A stretch of DNA of 64,000 nt from Paraspadella gotoi. Lineage: Eukaryota; Animalia; Chaetognatha. Below the pieces are notes generated by a model that made no database searches, had not been told where the DNA came from, and saw nothing but the letters and a program-made list of their open reading frames with translations. The position numbers were made by a program, and so were the translations under genes. Of this stretch, positions 40,715-51,655 are shown piece by piece. The stretch is taken from the NCBI GenBank assembly GCA_051294375.1, contig CM119265.1, positions 23,590,669 to 23,654,668 of the forward strand. Reading direction: 5' to 3'. Every line of letters starts with the position of its first letter. Position 1 is the stretch's first letter.

Positions 40715-43700
40715 GTAATTATATAATGATAAATAATATTAATTATAAATAATTGTATTAAAAAATAAATTTATGACAAAATATGTTTGCAACTAAATGC
40801 TAAACGAATAATTTAAATGAATATGAATAAGTATCAAAATAGATTATTTTTTCTAGAGTGCTGCCATTTTTATTTTCAATGGTTCCAAAACAGTAAAATC
40901 TACAGTTTCGTTCCCCCGAAAGTCGTTTCACGTCTTGCCCTCGTTTAAACGTACTTTATCACTCCATTGTTCTTCGCTCCAATTGGTTTTTCTACGCTCC
41001 AGTGAATCCCCTTCACTTTCTTTAACCGGTTTTCTCTTTTCGTCACAATTTCACTTTGTCATTTTCGTCCCGACCCAAACGTGTTCCTTTCATACGATCC
41101 CTTGTGTATTTTTTTCCTCCTCATCCCGAATTTTATTTCCTTTTTTCGGTTTTTAATCAATTACTTTTTTTTTCCTTTCTCTTTTCTTCCTATTTTCTTT
41201 GATATCTTCTCCCTCGTATCTTTTCTTTTTATCATTCTCTCATCCGGCAACGTTTCTTTCTTTTTCTTTCTTCCTAATTCCCAACGTGTTCTTTTATTTT
41301 TCTTCTCCTATCTTCCTCAAGACTTAATTTTCTTTTCTCTNNNNNNNNNNNNNNNNNNNNNNNNNTCCCGCGTCTTTCCGCCGCAATAACTTCAAAATGT
41401 GTGACGCAAAGGATCAATCAATCATTTTTTTTGTAAAAGGCGGAATGGCGAGATTCGTCTTTTTGAGCGAACGCTTTAGCTACCAGAAAAAAGGAACTGA
41501 GCGAGAGCGAGTATGCGAGAGACGAGATGTAGATGAGGAACAGTAGAAGATCTAAGAGAGAGAGATTTCTACGTGTTACACTGCAGATCTCAATCTGTTG
41601 TTTGTCCTGTTAATTAAAGTGTACGAAATTGCGTCAAATTTCGTGAGTTAGAAGTTTCTATCAGCCATGCTCGTGATATGATATGTTGGACTAAGGCGTA
41701 GTGAAGGTTGACATTCACGACAAATTCTTAAAAGTCAGATTATGATACGAACCATACCATCAGGGTGTACGTTTATTGTATACCAAAAATTAATTTTAGG
41801 TGTTTTTTAATTTTCGCAGGTGGCACCCATCTAATATTAAAACTATAGTCCACCTATCACCTCGCACATCATAAGAACCAAAACATTCAAACAATACGGA
41901 CTTTTCTCTGCAATTATTGAGACTGAAGAATTTGATGAATGGTAACATTCCTTCGCAACCAGTTGAAAAAAGAACTATACTCATTAACATCATTTAGAAA
42001 ACTAGAAGCTCCTATCCTTTCACGTTACACCTAGTGTACAAGAAATTAAATAAACGTATGCCACCTCTCTAACAGTAGTATCAAAAAAAATTAAATCGAG
42101 CTAATACACAAAGTACTTAGCCTTGTTTTTATTTATATTAAAAAACGAATTAGCTAACAATGCCACTATACATGCAAAAGAACACGCCAAGTTTCCAAAC
42201 AAAGAGTACAGCGATGTCACTCACTGCTTCTTCATGCTAGGTCATGAACGTGCTTTATGACGAATCCACAATCTGCCAACAATAACCTTCGCCTTATATG
42301 AAAAAACTGTATTTGAAATGTATGAACCAAGTTATCTGATGGTATTGAAACTACATATCTTCTAAGAACAATAGAAGATAAAAAGCCTTATCCAAGAACA
42401 ATAATCTACAGCTCGTCCATAAATTTATAATAGATTAATTATGTCAATATTACCTATGTATGATCAATATGATTATCAATAAAATGTTCCAGGTCTCACA
42501 CTGATATGAGTGGAGATGTGATTTCTGTGTTACATGAAAAGCGATTTATTCGTGGTAATCGATTTTGACCCTCACATACGTAATTCCAAAAAAGTTCAGA
42601 ATTTGGAATTTTATCTACGCCACTTAGATGTATTGGATCGTTATGCGGCTGACGATGTTGGTCAATGGAACTGTGCTCGGCCATAACGATGCGACGTGCC
42701 TTCTAGCATGCGATTTAAGAGGCGTAATATACATCTCGTAGTGCTGAACAAAGCAGGAACCCCTCACTCGGCGCCTTCACCTCCTGCACGCGCCGCCGTG
42801 TCTACTACAGTATGACGATAAATCGACCTCATTATTCGCGCGGCATGCACAGAGTATAGGCTTCATATAGCTTGGATTGAAAAATAGATGGAGTAGCGTC
42901 GGGTCTCTCGTACCTATATTTTCATCTTTTTCTCGGCTCTAGACGTTAGAGCGTGGACAGAACTGTCTATAAAGAGCGCTGATGCGCGTCGAGTTCAGAA
43001 AAGATAATGCTCCCGCAAAGAACAGCTCGGTCTAATTTACTTTTTTACTTAGAGTGTAAGTTAACTAATGTTGCCATTATAGCCGAAATAATCATTAAAT
43101 AATTAACCAAGCAACACAAAATATTGGAAAAACATCACGCAGGAACCGAGCAAACTGCGTACTTCTCACAATATGCGCTGAAAAGGTCAATGACCCGCAA
43201 TAACAACGCGCTATCGCCTACGTCGAAGTGCGAATGCGGACTAATACAAATAGCTGTCATTCTTAACTCGTATAACGGTACCGAGGCTCACTATCATATC
43301 TCTATCTTTCTTTATCTAAAAAAGAAACCATCCCTTGCTTGAATGCTCGTTTAAAAACGCAATTGTCTACAAGACATGTACGACGACAACGACGACGACA
43401 ACGACGACGATGCAGAAAATAAGAGAGGCTGGCAAAATAACGGTAAACACAAAAAAAGTAGCATAAATAAACACTTGCCAAGACTTGAGTCAACGCTTGA
43501 GCTCGTTGACAAGAGGAGAACGAAAACAGAGAGAGAGAGAGAGACAGATAGAGAGAGAGAAGAGTGCGGAATTTCCGATTTTTCGATTTATCGTCTTGAC
43601 GCAGATTCCACGCGCGCTCGTCTCATGAATCAACAATTTTTTTCTTCCTCATAAAATTAAAATTTATTTATTTTTTTTCCAAATCGTTTAACTCGAAATC

Positions 43701-43733
43701 AATTTTATTACATTTTATTTTTCTTTTTTTCAG

Positions 43734-44023
43734 TGCGATTGACGTATTATTCCTTGGATCGAAAGATCGACGTTAGCGGCGCCACCGACGTCGTTTCCGG
43801 CGCCGATAAAACGATGACGCCGCCGGCAGCGCCGCGAGCAGCGCCGGTCGCCGACAAGCCCTTTCCCGTCGCCGAAAAATCTCTCCCAGTGGCGGCGAAA
43901 TTATTTTCGGTCGCAGAGAAACAACTTCCCGTTGCCATGACGACCTCGATTTCATCCGGCGAACAACAAACGTTCGGACTCTTGCACAAAACTAACAAGC
44001 GAAGTAGTCGGGTGAGGAAAGAG
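43734..44023 (+). CDS. Putative exon B of orphan gene (7-aa PVAxKxx repeats)
   Basis: Acceptor tttcttttttttcAG and donor GAG|GTAAGT. Open frame RLTYYSLDRKIDVSG...PVADKPF PVAEKSL PVAAKLF SVAEKQL PVAM...TNKRSSRVRKE, phase 1 to 0. Confidence 0.72.
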
Positions 44024-44356
44024 GTAAGTTATTTTGAGAAATAGTTTGATTTCGGGAGTTTTTATTTTCTAGATTTCCCAATTTTTTTTTTCTGATATTG
44101 TAAGAAAAAGAGCAAGAAACGTCTATAATAAATTTTCTCTAATTGCGTAACAGATGATTGATTTTTCGTTTTTAATTCATTCGGTCACCGATTAGTTTCA
44201 TAGTTACTTTTATGCTCTTCCTTTTAGTCCCATAGTTTTACTTCAATACTATTTTTCTTTTTGTCATAATTCATGAATAATGTTATAATTTTCGATTTAT
44301 GAACTACTTTTTAAAAATCCATTACGTCCTTTTAAACCTTACTTTTCCTTCCGCAG

Positions 44357-44806
44357 ACCTCACCCGACTTTCCTCCTCCGCCATCTTCCCCCACCCATCC
44401 CTACCATCCTCCCGTCTCCACCTCCTACCCCGAGCCCCAACCAACCACCTTCCCGCGCTCCGTTTCCTTTCCCCGGACCCCACATTCTCGACGCCAATAC
44501 GAGTTTCAAATCCCAACCAACCAATCAGCATCTTACGATTTCGACGCTTCGTCCGACCAATCGGCGCCATGGGATTTTAACGTTTCGTCCAACCAATCGT
44601 CGGACTTTAGATTTCGCGTCTCTTCTGCCGGATTGGACTCTCGTTTTGACCAATCGGCGTCTTCGAATTTCGACCAATGGGAGTCAAAAGATCTCGACCA
44701 ATCGGAGAGAGCGACCGTCCGTCAATCACGGAGAGGGAAACTCGGGGGTCGAGGAAAGAGAACCAAGTCGGAGCAGCCGTCGCGGGCCTTTTTGGTCAGC
44801 GATAAG
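44357..44806 (+). CDS. Putative exon C of orphan gene (Pro-rich, then N/D-Q-S repeats)
   Basis: Acceptor ttttccttccgcAG and donor AAG|GTAAGT. 150 open codons, phase 0 to 0, matching exon B: TSPDFPPPPSSP...NQSASYDFDASS DQSAPWDFNVSS NQSSDF...GKLGGRGKRTKSEQPSRAFLVSDK. Confidence 0.75.
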
Positions 44807-45783
44807 GTAAGTTAAATTGAACGGGGTTTTTTAACTGCCTATCGTTTTTATCAGTGACAAGGTCGGGGATATCACAAGATTATGGAATCTCACTTCTCAC
44901 GATGTCAACTTTTTTGAATACAAATTCTTAGAGAAAAATTTCTGCCATATTTATTTTTAAAGCGATGAGACTGTGGATTCGGAACAGAAATGGCGTGTTT
45001 TCGGGAAAATATGCAAAGAAAGGTGTGGTACCAAAAATTTAATAATTTATTGGGAAAGAACACGGCCTACTATGTCAGTCTTGCCTCTGTAGTCGGCTAC
45101 AAAGTTTTAGCTATGCATAATTGCATAGTCCGGATCCCAGCAATCAAGCTAAACAATAATAATCTGTTCGCTTCATGCAACTCGAAAACCAGATTTATCT
45201 TTCAGTCTTGAGAAGTGATAACCGTGACTCTCTGTAAATGAATTTGGAGCGAAGAGGCGGCGCGTTCACAGTCGTTATCTTTGCATTTTTAACCGAAAAA
45301 AAAAAACTCAACCGTGAAAAATATCGACAAGGTTACATTAAGCCTACATTAATATTACATTAGCTCATTTTTATAGAGAAAATGGCGCTCGTTTGATCGG
45401 AGTTAGTAAACAAAGTAAGTAAAGTTAGGAAAGTTAGTAAACAAAATTCATAAATACAACGCGAATTCTGAATATAAATAATTTATTGCGATTGTTACAA
45501 AACGAAATGTACCGACGAAATTAATTTGACTTGTAACTGTACGTTCGGTGAAGTAAAATAATTAGTAGAACAGACAATGTTTTTCCTTTAAAAAGGTTTT
45601 AAAAATAAATCATTTGGGACTGGCATAAAAACCTATCTATATAAAACAAACAAATTATTTTCTCAAACTCAATCTAATGGCAAGTCTTTCACGTTTTCAC
45701 GTTGTAAATTCGACTCTCCAATAATCACACCTCACTTTGAGTCATCCACGCATCTTCACCTTCAGTCCTTCTCCTCCACGACC

Positions 45784-45892
45784 TCTCACACCTCAGCACC
45801 ACACTCCTCCTCTCCTCTCACACTTCACTTCTCACACCTCACTACCACACTCCTCCTCTCCTCTCACACCTCACTTCTCACTCCTCACACTC
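45784..45892 (+). repeat. ~46-bp CA/CT-rich tandem repeat just 3' of the CHCHD2 stop
   Basis: CTCACACCTCACTACCACACTCCTCCTCTCCTCTCACAC units. Confidence 0.7.
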
Positions 45893-46062
45893 CGAAATCT
45901 CTCCGACACGCCTTGAGCGCCTCGTTGGTTTCGTCGCAAAGACTGAGATCTTCTCTCGTTTGCGCGCAGTCGAGAAAAGCGGTGAGTGCAGCGGCGCAGG
46001 GTGAGGATTCGAGACGGCTCGACGTCGGCCCGGCGTAGAGGGCGGCGGCGGCGGGCGCTGCC
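45885..46062 (-). CDS. CHCHD2: CHCHD2 exon 2, clean 3' part with CHCH domain and stop
   Basis: PAAAALYAGPTSSRLESSPCAAALTAFLDCAQTREDLSLCDETNEALKACRRDFGV* contains a twin CX9C motif, with FLDCAQ..DLSLC..NE.LK.C typical of CHCHD2/10. Confidence 0.92.
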
Positions 46063-46321
46063 ACCTCTATCGCCACACCTTCAGTCCTTCTCCTCCACAC
46101 TCACTCTCACATCCTCACCACCACACTCCTTCCTCTCCTCCTTCACACTTCACTTCTCACACCTCACTACCATCACATCCTCCTCTCCTCTCACACCTCA
46201 CTTCTCAACAACCTCACCACACCACTCCTCTCCCCTCTCTCTCACACCTCCACACATCCCCTTCTCACCTTCACCTACACTACCACTACCCTCCTCTCTT
46301 CCTCTCACACCTCACTCTTAC

Positions 46322-46638
46322 TCACACCTCACACTCCGAAATCTCTCCGACACGAGCCCTTGAGCGCCTCGATTGTTCCGTCGCAAAGACTGATGATCTT
46401 CTTCGTTTTGCGCGCGCCAGTCGAGTAAAAGCGGTCGAGCTCATGGCCTGGCGCAGGGTGAGGATTCGATCGGACTGCGCCGACGTTCGGCCCGGCGTTA
46501 GCAGGCGGGCGTGCGCGCTGCGGCCTGGCGGCGGCTGGAGCGGCCGGCTGGAACGGCGGCTGGTGTCGCCGCGGCCGGAGCGGGGTTGAGATCCACCGGC
46601 AAGTGAGGCGTGTCCGACCACGTTGACCACGGCGGATC
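46322..46638 (-). CDS. CHCHD2: CHCHD2 exon 2, error-rich (frameshifted) copy
   Basis: Acceptor ctcctcccAG|GA at 46639/46638 completes the Gly codon from exon 1. It continues SAVVNVVGHA (family motif SAVGHxVGHA). The rest is an indel-riddled version of 45885-46062. Confidence 0.8.
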
Positions 46639-47225
46639 CTGGGAGGAGCAGGAGGCGAGTGGTACGAGAGAGATAGAGGAAGAGGGAAAGAGGAGGGGGA
46701 GGAGGGGGGACGTGGGTTAGGGAGGCGAAAGTGGCAGAAAATAAAGGGGTTAGATTGGAGGATGAAAAAAACGATGCATAAAGAGTCTAGTTAGGAAAGC
46801 TGAGAGAGGAAAAGAAGAAAGAAAACAACGCCCATTCGATTCCTACTCTTGCAACAAATGGTTACGTGTGTATCTCTTTCTTACCCCCTTCCCAACTAAT
46901 TTCTATATATTCTTTCGTCCTTACCACTGCGAGGCATGAGACAGAGCACTGAGAGGAGACGGGATGAGATGACGAGATGGCGAGTGAGGCAGAGAGATGA
47001 CGACTGCAGGAGAAGATGGATGATGAGGAGAGAGGATGATGATCGAGAGACGNNNNNNNNNNNNNNNNNNNNNNNNNAGAGAGAGAGAGAGAGAGTCACT
47101 TTACTTAACAAGGAAACGAACCAGACGCCAATGAATTAATCAGGAAGAAATAGTCAAGTCTTTCCTTTTGCAGGCGGAAATCTTTCGTTTCTCAGGGAAA
47201 AGAAAAAAAAACAGTTTTGTTAGTT

Positions 47226-47545
47226 TTCTTTTTGTTTTCATCTTTGTCGTCTCCGTCATCGTCATCTCCGTCGTCGTCATTGTCATCGTCTCCGTCGTCG
47301 TCATCGTCATCTTCGTCGTCGTCATTGTCATCGTCTCCGTCGTCGTCATCGTCATCTCCGTCGTCGTAATTGTCATCGTCTCCGTCGTCGTCATCATCGT
47401 CGTTGTTATCCTCATCGTCTCCGTAATCATTTTCGTCGTCATCATTGTCATCGTCTCGATGGTTATCTTCGTCATTGTTGTCGTCATCATTATCGGAGAC
47501 TCCGTCGTCATTGTCATCATCTACGTCGTCGTCGTCGTCGTCGTC
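47226..47545. repeat. Degenerate (GTC)n array with 21-bp higher-order unit in the CHCHD2 intron
   Basis: GTCATCGTCTCCGTCGTCGTC-like units. Confidence 0.85.
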
Positions 47546-47602
47546 TTATCTCTCTCCGTCGATATTTTGATTTAATCCCGAAAGATTAATGAATCCACCA
47601 AC

Positions 47603-47774
47603 CGATTGCAACGCCCCCAGCGGTCGCCGCCATCTGCTTCATCAACCCGGGGCCCTGCGCCGGCGCGGCCGCTGGAGGGTGAGCGGCTGCTGCGGGTGCG
47701 GCGGGAGCGGCGGCTGCGGGGGCGTGGTGATGGTGGTGAACCTCCTTCACCGGAGTGGCTCGTCCGCGTGGCAT
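47603..47774 (-). CDS. CHCHD2: CHCHD2/CHCHD10 (MIX17/har-1 family) exon 1
   Basis: ATG at 47774. Translates [58 protein letters not shown]. The MPRG start, Ala/Pro-rich linker and [17 protein letters not shown] helix are family hallmarks. Phase-1 donor G|GTTGGT at 47603/47602. Confidence 0.93.
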
Positions 47775-47978
47775 CGTGCGGGGGTGGAGGAGAAGGGGAG
47801 GAGGAGGAGGAGGAGGAGGAGAAGGACTTTATGGGTCTGACGAGAATCTGGGGCAAAAAGAGAGAGTGAAGCAGAATGAATCTTAATCGAAAGACCCGGG
47901 AAGAGAGACGGACAGAGAGAGAGACAGAGAGCGAGAGTGAGTGACAATATATCTGTGCGCCGGTCGTAACGGGAGAAG

Positions 47979-48031
<53 letters not shown>

Positions 48032-48830
48032 TCAAAGAGAGACAGACAATGTGTCGGCGGGAAATCTTTTAAATCTTTTAAATCTTTTAAACCGTCACAA
48101 TCGTTTAGGATTTGCATAAATTTTTTTTCTTTGAGCGAGAAAAGTTTTACAGAACGTATTGACAATTATTATTTTTTAATCTTATATTTATATAATTTTA
48201 AGGAGAAAAAGGGAAGAACGCTTGAGAAAAAAGTGAAAAAAATTTAAATATTCAAAAATCGTATTCGGCTCCTTTTAATGATCTTTCGATCAGAGGATCA
48301 GCTTTTATTGTTATTATTGTGTTCATATTTATCAGTAAATGTAGGTTTTTTGTTGATTTTTATCGTCTTCGTGTAAACACGTTGTAAGATGTTTCTTCAG
48401 TGCTTCTTTTCCTTTCAATGAGTCGTAGTCGTAAAAGTTAATTAATTCAGTCATAAAAAAAAACTAATTCAAATAAACTTCGAAAATTTAGTCGTTTTGC
48501 AAAAAAAATTAATTTCAAGTTCAAAAAAAGAATTTTCATGATTCAATTTTTTAAAAAAAGGTTATTTTGGTAAATTCAGCGGAAAATAAGAAAAATAAGT
48601 AAAAACGAAAAAAGAAAAGATAGGATAAAAAAAGAAAAAAAAAGGAAAAAGAGTGAAAGAATAAAAGAATAAAATAAAGCAAAGAAACGAAAATAAGAGT
48701 TTAGGTGAATTTACAAAGCATGAATAAAAAAAACCCAAAAAATTATCATAAAGTCGGCGCGGCTGTTGGTTATCATTTTTTCTGCATTTGTTTTTCGACT
48801 TGTAAACATCAAAATCGTTGATTACGATTT

Positions 48831-48960
48831 GCACGTGAAGAATTCGTAGCGGCCGGTCGACCGTGTAAATTTCAAGCGGAAGGTCAAAACGAGCGAACCA
48901 ATCAGAATTTGCGGCCTCAACCAATCGTAATTCGTTTTGCTTTGATCGATCCTCCAATCA
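48831..48960. promoter_or_regulatory. Possible CHCHD2 upstream element: E-box plus three CCAAT boxes
   Basis: CACGTG at 48832-48837; CCAAT at 48898, 48921 and 48954, ~1.1 kb upstream of the CHCHD2 ATG. Motif evidence only. Confidence 0.25.
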
Positions 48961-49432
48961 AATCGTTCGAAATCGCTCGGATGAAGCTTCCGCTGAATTT
49001 GAAATCCTTTTGATTCCGAAAACAAAATCGCATCGAAGTGAAAATATTTTTCACTGGAGACCGAAGAATTTTGCTTGATTGCGATTTTATCGAATCACCA
49101 AGCAATTCGTCATTGATGCGAGTTGATGTAGCAAGCAATTTGCCCTTGACCTGACTTTTGCCACCCTTCAATTTCAACAAACAAAAAAGGCACGAAAAAG
49201 TGTTAAATTTACTCCGAGGAAGTAACATTCGTTTCTAAGACGAGATGGGGTTTAAAGTTGGCAGCTTCTCATGAGCGACTGATTCGAAATATAAATTTTC
49301 AATTGTTAATAGGTCTAGATAAAAGGATCTAATTGTAACGATAGTGCAGAACTAAAACATTAACGATCGAAATTATCTTGAAACAAAAATAACTCTCACT
49401 ATTTTATCTTCAATTTTTATTTGTAATTTTAG

Positions 49433-49562
49433 CAACCAGAGCAAACAACGACGACGACGACTGCGACGTCGACGACGACGACGACGACGACGACGACGCC
49501 AGCGACGAAGTTGACGCCAACGATGACGACGACGACGACGACGGCGACGCCAACGACGAAGT

Positions 49563-49595
<33 letters not shown>

Positions 49596-49672
49596 CGTTG
49601 CTCAAATACACAATCGAATTTCGTTGCCGCTGGCAAAGTCAAAGAGGCGGTGAAGGGAGGCCGCGCGTTTGA
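49433..49672 (+). CDS. Putative terminal exon D of orphan gene (Thr-rich, mucin-like)
   Basis: Acceptor ttgtaattttAG. Phase-0 reading QPEQTTTTTATST...TKLTPTM...ALLKYTIEFRCRWQSQRGGEGRPRV*, with TGA at 49670-49672, is phase-compatible with exon C. An Asp-rich frame is also open, so the frame is not certain. Confidence 0.5.
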
Positions 49673-51011
49673 GGCTCAGAAGGAATTTTAAAAAAACGAA
49701 ACTCAATGAAATGGAAAATTAACTTGAGAGAAAAAAATGTGAAAAAACTTTTTTTNNNNNNNNNNNNNNNNNNNNNNNNNNNNNNNNNNNNNNNNNNNNN
49801 NNNNNNNNNNNNNNNNNNNNNNNNNNNNNNNNNNNNNNNNNNNNNNNNNNNNNNNNNNNNNNNNNNNNNNNNNNNNNNNNNNNNNNNNAAAAGAAATATT
49901 GACTTTCGAGTTATAAACCAACGCGCGACGGAGTGACACGCTCGAGGTCACGCGCAATGTCACGCTCTGGTGTCACACACGCACCGATTGAGAGAGCGAA
50001 ATAGTCTTGTGAGTCGTAACCTCACAAGCGTGACCTCATTGTTAGTCTTTCTCGTTGAGTACTTTTTTTCTTATTCTTTCTCACTCATATCCAACATAAT
50101 TTTCCATCATATTGACTCTTTCCTTTCTTCTCTTTTATCCATTTTCTATTCCGCCAACCTCCCTGTTTTTCTCTTCTCTTTTCACTTTTATATTTCCGCT
50201 AACTTCTCTTTTCTCTCTTCTCTTTTTTTTGCACTCGCCGCGAAAAAAATGCCACCAACATTTTCTCGCAGAATCTCCTCAGCTTTTCTTTCCCGATATT
50301 TTTACGGTTTTCGAAATGGAGACAATCCGTTTTCTGNNNNNNNNNNNNNNNNNNNNNNNNNNNNNNNNNNNNNNNNNNNNNNNNNNNNNNNNNNNNNNNN
50401 NNNNNNNNNNNNNNNNNNNNNNNNNNNNNNNNNNNNNNNNNNNNNNNNNNNNNNNNNNNNNNNNNNNNNNNNNNNNNNNNNNNNNNNNNNNNNNNNNNNN
50501 NNNNNNNNNNNNNNNNNNNNNNNNNNNNNNNNNNNNNNNNNNNNNNNNNNNNNNNNNNNNNNNNNNNNNNNNNNNNNNNNNNNNNNNNNNNNNNNNNNNN
50601 NNNNNNNNNNNNNNNNNNNNNNNNNNNNNNNNNNNNNNNNNNNNNNNNNNNNNNNNNNNNNNNNNNNNNCTTTTTCTAAAGGACATTTCCGTAAAAAATG
50701 ATTTTTCGCTGTTGAGAGAAAAACCTTTTGGCTCATCGTAAAACTTCTTGAAAAGAATCAGCAAACTTAAGAAAAAAAGTTTACATTTGAGTAAAACTAA
50801 CAACTAAGTAACATATGAGGCGTGAAACTTTATAAAAAAGTACAAATTCTAGAGATAAAAATCAGAAGGTTAAAGGTGAAAAATAAATCAGTGAAAAATA
50901 CTAATTGTGAAATTGGAAGAATTAATTTTCCATTTGTTTACATTTACTAACAGCGTTTTTTTTAAAAAATTCAATACAAGTGTTCATGAGCGTAAAATGG
51001 TGAGGGTGAGA

Positions 51012-51049
<38 letters not shown>

Positions 51050-51305
51050 TATACAGATTTAGAAAAAAAAGTTGATGCAAGAGGAAAATCGATTGCAAAA
51101 TTCAATTTTTCTTTTTCCATTAAATTTTATCAATTTTCAATCTTGAGATTCACCTTCGAATTTCAACTTTTTAAAATTAAAATTCTTTCTTTTCTCAAAA
51201 TTCATTTTTTCTTTCAATTTTTCGTCCGATAACCAGGAGATGAGAAATGGAAACTAAATCGAAATAAGAGAGAAAAAATTGAATTTCTTCCTTTAACCTT
51301 CAAGT

Positions 51306-51341
<36 letters not shown>

Positions 51342-51591
51342 NNNNNNNNNNNNNNNNNNNNNNNNNNNNNNNNNNNNNNNNNNNNNNNNNNNNNNNNNNN
51401 NNNNNNNNNNNNNNNNNNNNNNNNNNNNNNNNNNNNNNNNNNNNNNNNNNNNNNNNNNNNNNNNNNNNNNNNNNNNNNNNNNNNNNNNNNNNNNNNNNNN
51501 NNNNNNNNNNTCTCTCTTCTTTCATAAAACGTCCCCGGCAGCGTCAAAGCTCATAATTACCCTGTTTCCGTTTTCCATTGTGGATTTCTCT

Positions 51592-51655
51592 TTGCCAACC
51601 ACTGACTTGTCCTTGCCAACCACTGACTTGTCCTTGCCAACTGTTGCTTTGTCCT
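51592..51655 (+). repeat. 21-bp tandem x3 (TTGCCAACCACTGACTTGTCC)
   Basis: Direct inspection. Confidence 0.85.

Noticed and set aside
46076-46510. Tandem duplication or pseudogenisation of the CHCHD2 CHCH exon
   Set aside because: The second copy differs mainly by scattered inserted bases typical of raw long reads; treated as an artefact.
48822-49060. Minus-strand open frame ...FSESKGFQIQRKLHPSDFERFDWRIDQ...CKS*
   Set aside because: Several frames are open, there is no recognisable domain and no partner exon was found.
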